Of a stretch of DNA of 64,000 nucleotides, positions 40,946 through 50,656 are shown one piece after another. Position numbers and translations under genes: made by a program. The stretch comes from an uncultured Gammaproteobacteria bacterium (GTDB lineage Bacteria > Patescibacteriota > Microgenomatia > Levybacterales > UBA12049). Below the pieces are notes generated by a model. It was not told where the DNA came from and did not search any database. It saw only the letters and a list, made by a program, of their open reading frames with translations. Position 1 is the stretch's first letter. The number at the start of each line of letters is the position of its first letter. The stretch covers positions 359,674 through 423,673 of the forward strand of contig CAZNAA010000001.1 in NCBI GenBank assembly GCA_964571255.1, read 5' to 3'.

Positions 40946-41209
40946 ATGGCTTCTTATAGCGGACGATCTCCTTACACAAACTATCCTCTAGAGGATGAGG
41001 AAGAGATGACCAGTGGGGAGGCACTGGTATTCTGTGTCATTGTGTCAATATTCCTGCTGGTACCTCTTCACTATCTCGTTGCCTTGGTAGCGTGGATAGT
41101 CGGGAAGAAGATCCCTGTCAACCCCTTCAAAGTGATCCCAACGTATGCTGCCCTTCTCACTGCTGGATTCGGCACGATCTGGGCAGTGGGAGAGTTTGAC
41201 ACAAAGTAG
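40946..41209 (+). CDS. Small membrane protein (87 aa, acidic N-terminus, 2 TM), cassette B ORF1
   Basis: SD GGGAGGAG just upstream; two hydrophobic segments. Confidence 0.75.
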   Translation: MASYSGRSPYTNYPLEDEEEMTSGEALVFCVIVSIFLLVPLHYLVALVAWIVGKKIPVNPFKVIPTYAALLTAGFGTIWAVGEFDTK

Positions 41210-41315
41210 ATCAATGCCCTGTGGAATTAGGAGTGATTGCCCTCCTCCTGAAACCACATTACCTCTCACTTCCTGATGGTCTGGAAGTGCGCGATAGAGC
41301 CGAAGGGAGGTTTGG

Positions 41316-41495
41316 ATGAAAGCTCTCGCAAACAGGGTAGTCCTAGGACTCGCAGTTGCAATGATCGGAGTATTTGCTCTCACGATCGTCGCTCAGATGG
41401 TGGAGCTGGCCATGAATGCTCCCCACTTTTGCGGAGGAGGCGTACTAGTAGGACTGGTCCTGCTCGTTGCAGCCAAAAAAAAACAGACAACGTAA
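41316..41495 (+). CDS. Small membrane protein (59 aa, 2 TM, basic tail), cassette B ORF2; absent from the ORF track
   Basis: SD GGGAGGT at 41305-41311; MKALANRVVLGLAVAMIGVFALTIVAQMVELAMNAPHFCGGGVLVGLVLLVAAKKKQTT. Confidence 0.72.
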   Translation: MKALANRVVLGLAVAMIGVFALTIVAQMVELAMNAPHFCGGGVLVGLVLLVAAKKKQTT

Positions 41496-41501
41496 GATGC
41501 C

Positions 41502-41595
41502 GCCCTCCGGGCTGAAGAGATAAAGAAACAAATGGTGTCAACTCGACGCCGTTACTGACCGTTCACGGTCTGTTTCTCCTCTTCTCCCGGTGGGC
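41502..41595 (+). ncRNA. Predicted three-way-junction RNA structure 3' of cassette B
   Basis: GCCCTCCGGG/CCCGGTGGGC, GAAGAG/CTCTTC and AGAAACA/TGTTTCT enclose hairpins GGTGTC/GACGCC and GACCG/CGGTC. Confidence 0.6.
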
Positions 41596-41604
41596 AACCA
41601 CACT
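41569..41604 (+). repeat. Imperfect direct repeat, copy 2 (partner 34251-34285)
   Basis: TCTGTTTCTCCTCTTCTCCCGGTGGGCAACCACACT. Confidence 0.85.
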
Positions 41605-41659
41605 AATCCCCTATTTGCTAATCTGCACTAAATCTCATAAAATTGTAGGAGAAAATTCT

Positions 41660-41731
41660 GCCTACATAGCTCAACGGTAGAGCAGCGGTATCGTAAACCG
41701 CAGGTTATCGGTTCAAATCCGATTGTAGGCT
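41660..41731 (+). tRNA. tRNA-Thr(CGT)
   Basis: GCCTACATAGCTCAACGGTAGAGCAGCGGTAT-CGT-AAACCGCAGGTTATCGGTTCAAATCCGATTGTAGGCT. Confidence 0.93.
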
Positions 41732-41759
41732 CTCAAAAAAGTTGTATACTGTAGGTATT

Positions 41760-42473
41760 ATGGCAACCAAACAGCGATCACGAATCAATAAACGAGTTGA
41801 GGAACAAACAAAAAAAACCATTGTTGCCTCCTCTGTTGGATCAATCCTTATTATCGTTGGTCTTTATTTTATTGGTCCTAAAATCATCTCAGGCTTGTCC
41901 TTACTCATGGTATCCCGTAGTGAAAGTCTTCCAGCTAAAAAAGAAGATGTTTTTGTCACCTCTCCTATTTTAGATCCCCTTTCCATTAGTACTAATAGTG
42001 CTATTATGGTTGTTTCAGGAATTGCTCAAAAGGAAAGAAAGATAAAGCTGTATGTGAATGACACCAAGTCAGGTGAGATGGAAACAGGAAAAGACGGAAC
42101 CTTTGAATTTAAAAGAGTAAAACTTGTTGAAGGCAAAAACGAAATCCACGCAGTCTCTTTGTATCAAGACAAAGAAAGTAATGATTCCCAGTCCCAAACG
42201 GTAACGTATTTGAGTAAAGCCCCTACCCTTTCTATTGATTCACCCTCTGATGGACATGAAGTAAAAGGTGGAGAGAAAAGAGTAACGATTACAGGCAAAA
42301 CTGATAGCGGTTCGCAAATCACGATTAATGATATCTGGGTATTAACTGAACCTGATGGGAAATTCTCCTATTCCGTTCAACTCAAAGATGGAGATAACGA
42401 TATCAAAATACTGGCAACCGATGATGCAGGAAACAATACCGAAATGAAGCGAATGGTTAAATATTCTCCTTAG
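41760..42473 (+). CDS. Membrane-anchored protein with two bacterial Ig-like domains
   Basis: N-terminal TM; repeated DG.F...V.L..G.N.I beta-sandwich pattern. Confidence 0.8.
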   Translation: MATKQRSRINKRVEEQTKKTIVASSVGSILIIVGLYFIGPKIISGLSLLMVSRSESLPAKKEDVFVTSPILDPLSISTNSAIMVVSGIAQKERKIKLYVNDTKSGEMETGKDGTFEFKRVKLVEGKNEIHAVSLYQDKESNDSQSQTVTYLSKAPTLSIDSPSDGHEVKGGEKRVTITGKTDSGSQITINDIWVLTEPDGKFSYSVQLKDGDNDIKILATDDAGNNTEMKRMVKYSP

Positions 42474-43608
42474 CACTAAGAAGAAAGAGCCAGAAAAGAA
42501 ACGGTGTATAAAAGAGTGCGTTGTTAAAGAGTCCTCCAATCAGTAATACCACAAATGACGCAAACAGATATGATTTTTTTTGCACTAAATAGCTTTTACC
42601 TATTTGGTAGAGAAAGAAAAGATACGAGATAAATCCCCCAATTCCTGTGGTCACCAGAACAAAAAGATAACTATTACTATTCCCATTTTCTGAATGATTA
42701 TATAACACATCAGTTTTTTCTAAAAAACCATAGGACTCAATGGCATATTTATAGGCGTTAAACCCTACTCCAAAAAGGATGTGATCTTTAGCAATCACTA
42801 CTCCCTGTCTGAATGACTCAATTCGTGAGACACTTGAGGCTACTCGAAAAAGACTCGTATTATCTGTTGCAAAGGTGGGCAGGAAAAGAATTCCAATAAA
42901 GAGTGCTCCTAGAACAAAACTAAACAGTATCTTTTTCTTCTTTTCTAAATACGCATATACACCAATTCCTACAAATAGTCCAAGATACGCAGTTCGTGAA
43001 TAGGTAAGAAAGAGAGCAAAAAGAACAATCCCCAAAAGAATGAGTAATTGATTTCTTTTTTTCTTCTCATATAGATTGAGCAGAAAAAGAATAAAAAGAG
43101 CAAAGAAAATCCCAGCAAAGTTTGGATCTAAAAATACACTAAACAAGCGGTGCATATGCTCATCCCACCCTAAGTAATATAAGTTTCTTAAACTGGGGTA
43201 AAGCAGTAGCTGAACAAATCCAAGAAGTGTAATCAGACTGCCACTAATAAGCAGTCCCATCTCAATCTGCTGGACAAAAGGTGTGAGGCGTTTTCGAAGG
43301 AAAAAGAAAAGGGATAGGTATGAGAAGAAGCGCAGAAAGTACAAAGAAGACACAATCATTTTTTCCCCAGCAAGAGAAGGGATATTCATCAAAAGCGATA
43401 AGAGACAAAACCCAATAAAAATTCCCCAGGATTTTAGCAGTACATCTTTTTTTTCCTTATTCCAAAACGAGTGAATAAAAAAGAGAGGAAAGCTAGTGAG
43501 CATTACCACCAAATCAAGAAGCATGATCCCAAATCCAAATCCCGTCTCAACTCTAGCAACTTGAGAAAGAGTAAATGCACATAGGAGAAAAAAGAGATAG
43601 TATTTCAT
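42457..43608 (-). CDS. O-antigen ligase/polymerase-like membrane protein
   Basis: RLFSVFLDPNFAG, LTYSRTAY, LFGVGFN. Confidence 0.82.
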   Translation of the reverse strand: MKYYLFFLLCAFTLSQVARVETGFGFGIMLLDLVVMLTSFPLFFIHSFWNKEKKDVLLKSWGIFIGFCLLSLLMNIPSLAGEKMIVSSLYFLRFFSYLSLFFFLRKRLTPFVQQIEMGLLISGSLITLLGFVQLLLYPSLRNLYYLGWDEHMHRLFSVFLDPNFAGIFFALFILFLLNLYEKKKRNQLLILLGIVLFALFLTYSRTAYLGLFVGIGVYAYLEKKKKILFSFVLGALFIGILFLPTFATDNTSLFRVASSVSRIESFRQGVVIAKDHILFGVGFNAYKYAIESYGFLEKTDVLYNHSENGNSNSYLFVLVTTGIGGFISYLFFLYQIGKSYLVQKKSYLFASFVVLLIGGLFNNALFYTPFLFWLFLLSAKENI

Positions 43609-45179
43609 GGTTTTTGATACAAGGTAACTCCGGTAATCTTATTATGATATATTTTACTCCATCCGGAAAACAGAGGTGGCAAACTTGTGTGTTGCGTAGC
43701 TACATAGGTGACCTTATCAAGGGAGCCATCTTTACTCCCCAACACAAAAGGAAAGTTTACATAATACAAATTATGAAATCCTTCAAGATATACTACATCT
43801 TTTTCTTTAATTGTTTTCTCAAAAAAATGGTCAGTATCGAAAAAGTCTCCATACGCAAAGTTCAAGTTCTTTTCTAAAAATATTTCCTTCGTCTCATTTC
43901 CCAGGATTACTGGAAGATATTTTTTATTCGCTCCCGCTCTATACACAATCGTTATGGTAAAGACAAAAAGAATAGCCAGAATAAGAGGTGAGAATAATGC
44001 TTTCCTATCCTGAAGTTTGCTTAAAACTATCCCAACTAAAAGAGAAAAAACAGGAAGGTAAGGAAGAATAAACCTTCCTCCTCCAGTTCTAGGAGTTATA
44101 TACCAAATAATGAGTGCTGCGATACTATATACAAGAATCATTTTTTCCTCACGAGTAAATTGTTTATACGTAAGAAAAAGTAAGGGTAGAACCAGAACAT
44201 ACAGAGGAGAAAGAGGATCTGGAGAATGAAGAAAGAGAAGATACACATCTTTAATCATATTTAGAGGATTTAGAAGAGTCAGGAGCGGAAGCATCTTTTC
44301 AGAAAAAGAGGTAAAAAGAGGAAAGAGAGGATTTCCCGTACTAAATAAAGCATAGATAAACCAAGGAGATGCTGTAAGAATAGTAATTCCAACAAAGGAC
44401 AGCATTAATTTTCCTTTTTCTTTTCCTCCATAAAAAGCAAGGAGTCCTAGAGATAACAGAATTCCTCCTAATGATAATAACTTTACCCCAATTGCAAATC
44501 CCAAAAGAATAGCACTAAGATACAAAAGCTTTTTTTGCTTTGTTTGAAGAAAGATAAAAAGAGTAGAAAAAGAAAGAAATTCAAAAAAAGTTCGCGATAA
44601 ATCAACATAGGCAGTAATTGACTCCCAAGCAACTACTAAATTTCCATAAAAAACTAAAACAACTAGAAAGGAAAGAAAAGGAGAAAGAAACCTTTTTGAG
44701 AAAGTATACAGACTAATACAGCACAGAATTCCAAACAAAAAATGAATACCTTTGGCAAGAATTTCTCCTTGGAGTACTAATACACTTATATAATACATTT
44801 CTGTCAACTGAGGCATACCAGAGTAATAGAGTAATCCTCCGGGAATATACGAAATACTATGGTGTTCTAGATACCATTTAGGAAGAGTTAGGTGATACCA
44901 CAACGCGTCAAAAGCTAATTCTGGTCCTAGTACCCCAATCAGATTTACAAACCCTAAGAACAAGAAGCAGAGGACAAGAAACAATACCCTTTTGTCCTGT
45001 TTACACTCTTGAATAAATACTCTCCCTCCCACCCGTATTGAATCTTTTAGGAAATAGAGTGTCAGAAGAAAAAACAGGAGTGTGACCACCAGAATAACCG
45101 TAGGATATAAAAGACTCATTACCCCTAGGAAAAAAAGGACAGTCCCATATATTCCAAGTAAATTGGCAAAGGTAATCAT
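43605..45179 (-). CDS. GT-C fold multi-TM glycosyltransferase
   Basis: FDALWYHLTLPK, AYVD, RFILP; many TM segments. Confidence 0.7.
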   Translation of the reverse strand: MITFANLLGIYGTVLFFLGVMSLLYPTVILVVTLLFFLLTLYFLKDSIRVGGRVFIQECKQDKRVLFLVLCFLFLGFVNLIGVLGPELAFDALWYHLTLPKWYLEHHSISYIPGGLLYYSGMPQLTEMYYISVLVLQGEILAKGIHFLFGILCCISLYTFSKRFLSPFLSFLVVLVFYGNLVVAWESITAYVDLSRTFFEFLSFSTLFIFLQTKQKKLLYLSAILLGFAIGVKLLSLGGILLSLGLLAFYGGKEKGKLMLSFVGITILTASPWFIYALFSTGNPLFPLFTSFSEKMLPLLTLLNPLNMIKDVYLLFLHSPDPLSPLYVLVLPLLFLTYKQFTREEKMILVYSIAALIIWYITPRTGGGRFILPYLPVFSLLVGIVLSKLQDRKALFSPLILAILFVFTITIVYRAGANKKYLPVILGNETKEIFLEKNLNFAYGDFFDTDHFFEKTIKEKDVVYLEGFHNLYYVNFPFVLGSKDGSLDKVTYVATQHTSLPPLFSGWSKIYHNKITGVTLYQKP

Positions 45180-46912
45180 AATAATTGATAGAGATACACT
45201 TCTTTATCTTTTTGAAGCAGTTTTACATTGGTACTTTGATTTAGTCTTTTTATTATTTCCTCCCCCTCTGCTACTAATTTTCCTCCACTTTTGAACTGAA
45301 GTCCAGAAAGAGTATCATATTCCTTTGGGTGAATAATAAGATATTCCACTCGTAGTAACTTCAAGGTTGAAAATGTTTCGTTATTTGGAAAATTTCCAAG
45401 TAATTCAATTGCCATCTCCTCCCACTTGGACGGAGAATAGCCACTAGTTCCATTTACCTGGGGGTGAAATGAGACAGTTGAATAATACACACGAGAAAAC
45501 TCAGTCTCAGAATTAGGCATATTCCAGGTATAGATGGGGAAATGGATCAATACGCTGTCTTGAGGAAGAGTTTTGATCCATTGATACTCAATTGGCGACG
45601 ACTTGACGTGAGGAGAGTTAATATACCTAAAAGGAAACGTAAATTCTCCAAGTACTAAACTAAGTAATACGACATATACTCCCACTCTTCCTTTGAGAGA
45701 GAGGTGGATAAGTAACTTGTGAAGAAGAAGGCCAATACAAAGGGCACTAGTTACAATAAAAAGCATTTCAAACCTGGCAGATGAACGAAAACCATTAAAT
45801 CCAGGCGCTAGATAATAAAACAAGAGATACGGAAGAGGAATGGGAAAGGGAGAATGAATAGTTACTCTTCCTAGATGAAGAAATGGTCCTAAACTAAGTA
45901 AAAATCCAATTACTGCACTAAAAAACAAACTGACAAAAAGAAACGAACGAGTCTTTTCTCTGATGAAATAAATTACACCCATAATCACCAAAAGAGTGAA
46001 TATTCCTCCCAAATATCCAACCTTATACTCTCCATTTATTTTTGTCTTATCTACCTTTTGGAGAGACAGAAGAAATGGCTCAAGTCTTGTTGCACTATTG
46101 GGATAAAAGTAATCTTCAGGAGAAAGAGAAAAATGGATCGAATCTCTGATATCTCGTTTATACTGATATTCTTTAGAAACCATTATATAGGGATACATTA
46201 TGGGAGCTAGAAAAAGAAGGGAAACACAAAAAAAAAGAAGATGTTTTTTGCTAAACAAAAAAGAAATTGTTACTTGCTTGGTAAAAAGAGCTACTCCACT
46301 CATACACACGTAGGATAAGATAATAAAATACCCTGCCATAAAACTGTTAAATGATTGGAGTACAAAACACCCTAGAGCAAGAAAAAGAAATAACTGTTTT
46401 TTCTTCGTTAAGAAAAGATACAAACTCAATATTCCCAATGGCAGAAAGAAAATAAACAGAACTTGGAGATGAATTGCTTTATCAAGTACTGCTGGAGAAA
46501 GACTAATAAGAATTCCTGAAAAGATTGCTGGCAAATAGTCTCTCGTAATGACATAGATGAAAACAGCAACACTCCATCCTAAAAGAGTAAGAGAGAGAAT
46601 CAGTGAAATATTATTAAACACAATAGGCTCACCAAGAAGCATATAAGGAATACTTCCAAAAAGCATGGAGGTCAAATGCATGTCTGAATACGCAAAGCTA
46701 TATAAAAATGGATAAAAAATATTGGCACTAAATAAGTGCAGTGGGTTGGTAGTTAATGCATGAAATCCCCAGGAATGAATCCAAGCAATGAGTAGCTCAT
46801 CTCCACTTCCTGTGGTAAGAGTGGAAAGATTAGAGATAAGGGGGAAAGTAATGATACAACCGAGAACAAAAAAGAAAATGAATAGACCAATAAAGGGGAT
46901 CACTTTCTTCAT
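45176..46912 (-). CDS. Multi-TM GT-C/YfhO-like membrane protein
   Basis: GD.LL..W, ANIFYP, FRSSARF, VNG.SG. Confidence 0.65.
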   Translation of the reverse strand: MKKVIPFIGLFIFFFVLGCIITFPLISNLSTLTTGSGDELLIAWIHSWGFHALTTNPLHLFSANIFYPFLYSFAYSDMHLTSMLFGSIPYMLLGEPIVFNNISLILSLTLLGWSVAVFIYVITRDYLPAIFSGILISLSPAVLDKAIHLQVLFIFFLPLGILSLYLFLTKKKQLFLFLALGCFVLQSFNSFMAGYFIILSYVCMSGVALFTKQVTISFLFSKKHLLFFCVSLLFLAPIMYPYIMVSKEYQYKRDIRDSIHFSLSPEDYFYPNSATRLEPFLLSLQKVDKTKINGEYKVGYLGGIFTLLVIMGVIYFIREKTRSFLFVSLFFSAVIGFLLSLGPFLHLGRVTIHSPFPIPLPYLLFYYLAPGFNGFRSSARFEMLFIVTSALCIGLLLHKLLIHLSLKGRVGVYVVLLSLVLGEFTFPFRYINSPHVKSSPIEYQWIKTLPQDSVLIHFPIYTWNMPNSETEFSRVYYSTVSFHPQVNGTSGYSPSKWEEMAIELLGNFPNNETFSTLKLLRVEYLIIHPKEYDTLSGLQFKSGGKLVAEGEEIIKRLNQSTNVKLLQKDKEVYLYQLL

Positions 46913-46996
46913 AGTTATCTTCCACTTACTCGTAAAAAAAGAGTAACACAGTAATAAGAAAGAATCACTCCTACCCACAAAACAAAATATATCTCG

Positions 46997-47746
46997 TTAC
47001 TTTTCATCTTGTCTATATAACATCCACAATTTAGATCGTACAAGAAAAGAGTGAAAACTCATAACTATTGCATGAATCATTCCTTCAGTTCCATCCATAA
47101 AACCTCGTTTCAAAATATAATTCATAAAGAATTTAGCCTTAGGATATAAGATAATATGCCACCAATAAACTTTGGTTTTTTTCTCATATAATTCTTGCGC
47201 CCGAAGTGTTGTATAGTACTGAATCTCGGTTAAAAACTCTTTGACTGTTGGGTGAGGATAATGTTCCAAAACATTTTTACAGCTTTCTACTCTCCCTTTT
47301 ATCTCCCATCTCTCGTGAACCTTTCCCTTCCATTCCCCTCCATGTTTTTTTCCAAGACGCAACAATTTAGTAGTCCCCGTCTCACCATATGAGAGTTTTT
47401 TTCCAAAGACTGTATCTTTTCTCAAAAGTGTATATCCGATTACTGAGGAAGAGTGAGAAAGAAGTGATTGGATTTCATAACTTAAAGGGAGTGGAACTCT
47501 TTCATCTGCATCAATAAAAAGCACCCAATCTTCTTTAGCTTTTTGAAGACCAAAGTTTCGTTGCGTAGCAAAATCATTCCCTAGTGCTCTCGTATAGACA
47601 CTGGCCCCTTTTTTCTTAGCAAGGGAAACTGTGTTATCCTCTGACTCATCATCAATAACAATAATCTCATCACACCAGGATAAGGAATCCATACAGGACT
47701 CAATATTTTTTGATTCGTTTTTTGTAAGAATAATAGCTGTGATCAT
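46997..47746 (-). CDS. Glycosyltransferase family 2
   Basis: ILTKNE, IDDESEDNT, FIDADE, VHE. Confidence 0.9.
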   Translation of the reverse strand: MITAIILTKNESKNIESCMDSLSWCDEIIVIDDESEDNTVSLAKKKGASVYTRALGNDFATQRNFGLQKAKEDWVLFIDADERVPLPLSYEIQSLLSHSSSVIGYTLLRKDTVFGKKLSYGETGTTKLLRLGKKHGGEWKGKVHERWEIKGRVESCKNVLEHYPHPTVKEFLTEIQYYTTLRAQELYEKKTKVYWWHIILYPKAKFFMNYILKRGFMDGTEGMIHAIVMSFHSFLVRSKLWMLYRQDEK

Positions 47747-49149
47747 AATGCTTCAAAAAAAACCTCTCCGTTTTTTTCTTCAATAAGATAGGTTTTTATC
47801 CCCTCTTTTGTCTCCCCTTTCTCCAGATACCATAAAAGGTATTCATAATTCATTGTATCAGTAAGAGTAACAATTGTGGGATTTTTCATCTTGAGTTGTA
47901 CTTGTGAATCTCCAGCATACTGAAGGAGTTGTTTTACTCCTTTTTCCTGTGCGCTAAACGTGATTCGTTTTTCCCCTTTAGATACAGTGAAATAATCAGT
48001 ACTAAAGACATAAAACAAGTTATTAACTATGACTATCCCTACAAAGGCATAAATTCCCCAATTTTTTCTCCTCAACTGAGAAAACACATAACCTAGTGAC
48101 AAAAAGAGAAATGGAAGAATGATATGCACAAACCCTTCACTCGCATTTCTATAGACAAGATATGTTCCTGAAGTAAAAAGAGTAAAGAAATACAAAAGCT
48201 GTAAGCGTATATTTCGCTCCTTTCTCATCCATTGTTGTTTTAATATCAAAAAGAAGCTTCCAAATAGAAAAAGAGAGAGTCCAAGAGATAGTTCTTTTTG
48301 TCCATAAAAAAAGATTCTTTGGATATATTCATGGGTGTAATAGATAAAGTCACTCAACGGCTGCTCTGGAGTAATATAGAGACGAGGAATGATGTGAAAC
48401 GTTGCTAGCAAGCGATAGATAAACCATACACCATAGCGAAGAGTCTGTGGGAATCCGTGATTGAGATCATAGAGCAGAATAGGAGAAAAGACTAAGAGAA
48501 AAAGTCCAAGTCCTTTTTGAATGGTTTTCCCTTTTTCAGAAAGCAAAATTGTGAAGTACACTTTTTTCTTCCACATTCCATACAAAAAGAGAAGAATTAC
48601 TGGGAATCCGAGAAAAATAGTTGAAGCAATTTCAAATTGATACGAAACAGCAAGTAAACCAAGAAGTCCAATAAAAGATTTCCTACTTCCCTCTATCCAT
48701 TTTACAATTAGGTAAAATACCCACACACTTAAAAAAGGAAGAGGTGTAGTGTGAAAAGGTGTTCTCATATAGACAATAGCGAGAGGTGAGGTAAGAAAAA
48801 GAAGGGAAGAAAGCATTCCGGCAGAAAAAGAATAGAGCTTTGATCCAACGTAATAGAGAGAAAAGACAGTCAATACTCCAATACTTGCTGCTAAGTATGC
48901 TCCACTTACTGGATGAAAGCTTCCAAAAGTCATGGCAAGAGAGAGAAGATAGGTCCACCCCGCTCCTTGATGAAGCCAAGGATGACTAGTGGGCAAACCA
49001 ACTAAAGGAAATTGTTCTCCTAGTAAGAGATCTCGTGCATCTAAATAGTACCATCCTGCATCTCCAAAAAAAGTCATAAGAGAGGACAAGTGGAAAAAGT
49101 AGATACAAAAGGCTGCAGTGAGTAAAAGATAAAGTGAGATCCTTTGCAT
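47743..49149 (-). CDS. ArnT/PMT-like (GT-C) glycosyltransferase
   Basis: FFGDAG, PLVG.PTS....QG..W.Y; many TM segments. Confidence 0.7.
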   Translation of the reverse strand: MQRISLYLLLTAAFCIYFFHLSSLMTFFGDAGWYYLDARDLLLGEQFPLVGLPTSHPWLHQGAGWTYLLSLAMTFGSFHPVSGAYLAASIGVLTVFSLYYVGSKLYSFSAGMLSSLLFLTSPLAIVYMRTPFHTTPLPFLSVWVFYLIVKWIEGSRKSFIGLLGLLAVSYQFEIASTIFLGFPVILLFLYGMWKKKVYFTILLSEKGKTIQKGLGLFLLVFSPILLYDLNHGFPQTLRYGVWFIYRLLATFHIIPRLYITPEQPLSDFIYYTHEYIQRIFFYGQKELSLGLSLFLFGSFFLILKQQWMRKERNIRLQLLYFFTLFTSGTYLVYRNASEGFVHIILPFLFLSLGYVFSQLRRKNWGIYAFVGIVIVNNLFYVFSTDYFTVSKGEKRITFSAQEKGVKQLLQYAGDSQVQLKMKNPTIVTLTDTMNYEYLLWYLEKGETKEGIKTYLIEEKNGEVFFEAL

Positions 49150-50006
49150 TACTTCTTAAGAGAGATATGTATTTTTTCTCTCGTCATAAGAAGATATTGC
49201 TCACCCTTTAAAAGGGAAAATAATACAAGAGCAGAAAGTAGACTAAAATGTTTTTTATAGTATTGATATAAATCTCTATAATAAATATCCATTTTCCTCC
49301 ATCCAATTTTTGAAATACTGGATGAAACATGATGAACGACTTTTGCACTTCCTAAATGAATAACTTCATATCCCAACTTTTTTATTCGCAAACACACATC
49401 ATTTTCCGTATAGAAAAGATCAAATACATTGTCATATCCTTTAATTTTTTTCATAAGGTCGGTTCTAAGCATCAAAAAAGCATCACATCCAACATCCACT
49501 GAAAATGTCTCTTTTCGACTTATTCCACTATATCGAAAATCTTCTTTGAGAAAGTACTTTTTGAGTCGTTTTCCAATTAAGCTTAATTCATAAAAATCAA
49601 TAAGAGGAGTAGAAAATTTACTACCAGTTGGGACATCTTTTCCAAACTGATCAACCTCTAATCCTTCAACTGCCCCCACTTTTCTATTCTTTTTCAAATA
49701 ATCCACCATGGTCTTGATACTGTTATCTGTAAAATACGTATCTGCATTGAGAACTAAAAAAAAATTTCCTTTGGCTTTTTTAAGAGTTTGATTATTTGCT
49801 CTCGCAAAAAAAGCATTTTTCTTATTTTTAATTACAGTTACTTGAGGAAATGACTTTTCTATTTCTTCTACTGTTCCATCAGATGAGGCATTATCTACTA
49901 CAATAACTTCAATAGTTATCCCTTTAGTTTTTTTAAAAATGGATGCAATACATCTTTTTATAAGATCTTTTGTATTATAAGAAACAATCGAGACCGTAAC
50001 TGTCAT
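49149..50006 (-). CDS. Glycosyltransferase family 2
   Basis: IVSYNT, VVDNASSDGT, LNADT. Confidence 0.9.
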   Translation of the reverse strand: MTVTVSIVSYNTKDLIKRCIASIFKKTKGITIEVIVVDNASSDGTVEEIEKSFPQVTVIKNKKNAFFARANNQTLKKAKGNFFLVLNADTYFTDNSIKTMVDYLKKNRKVGAVEGLEVDQFGKDVPTGSKFSTPLIDFYELSLIGKRLKKYFLKEDFRYSGISRKETFSVDVGCDAFLMLRTDLMKKIKGYDNVFDLFYTENDVCLRIKKLGYEVIHLGSAKVVHHVSSSISKIGWRKMDIYYRDLYQYYKKHFSLLSALVLFSLLKGEQYLLMTREKIHISLKK

Positions 50007-50656
50007 AGTGGTTTTGCTTTAATTACCATTTGATAAGCAAATAGACTTGGAACGAATAAAGAAAGAAAGAGACTTAGTTTTGGATACCCCCCTCCCACAG
50101 CGTCAAAAGAAAATGATTCAATTTCAAATCCTGCCTCTTTTACTAATTGCGGAAAGGTCGAATAAGTGAAAAATCGTAAATGAGTATTATCTAGCAAACC
50201 ATATTTTGTATAAGCAAAGTCTCCTTTGAGAAGACGAAGTCTCATACTCCAATGAGCAATATTTGAAGTAGTGATAATAAGTTTCCCTTCTTTTTTCAAA
50301 AACGTTTTCCACACTTTTAGAGCTGTCCAAGGATCTTTCAAGTGTTCAATAAGAGCTGAAGAATAGACAATATCGTATGTTTTCTTTTTCATTTTTCGGA
50401 TAACTTCTCTGTCCTCAATATCTCCCATATATACAGTAGATAATACTTTTTGGGCTTCTTTTGCTTCATCTCTTCCCAGTTCTACCCCATCCACAATGCA
50501 TCCTTTCTTTTTTATTAAGTACTTCCCTGCAAATCCAGTTGCACAGCCAATTTCTAATACAAAGGATTTTTCAGGAACAAGGGAAAGAGATTGTCTATCA
50601 ATATTTTTCGGATGAAGTTTTTCTGGATTAAAGTGTTGATTTGAATACTTGATCAT
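50003..50656 (-). CDS. Class I SAM-dependent methyltransferase
   Basis: VLEIGCATG, IEHLKDP, GLLDNTHLRFFT. Confidence 0.88.
   Translation of the reverse strand: MIKYSNQHFNPEKLHPKNIDRQSLSLVPEKSFVLEIGCATGFAGKYLIKKKGCIVDGVELGRDEAKEAQKVLSTVYMGDIEDREVIRKMKKKTYDIVYSSALIEHLKDPWTALKVWKTFLKKEGKLIITTSNIAHWSMRLRLLKGDFAYTKYGLLDNTHLRFFTYSTFPQLVKEAGFEIESFSFDAVGGGYPKLSLFLSLFVPSLFAYQMVIKAKPL

Noticed and set aside
41475-41483. A9 tract as a phase-variation switch
   Set aside because: It lies in the last codons, so slippage would alter only the tail, and A-runs are common in this genome.
41045-41515. Track ORFs 41045-41383 (-) and 41276-41515 (+)
   Set aside because: These are shadow frames of GC-richer DNA; the SD-led 41316-41495 ORF explains the region better.
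40684-41604. Cassettes as MITE/IS elements with terminal inverted repeats
   Set aside because: The pairing relies on G-U pairs and bulges, I see no target-site duplications or transposase, and the promoter and 3' structure lie outside the inverted segment.
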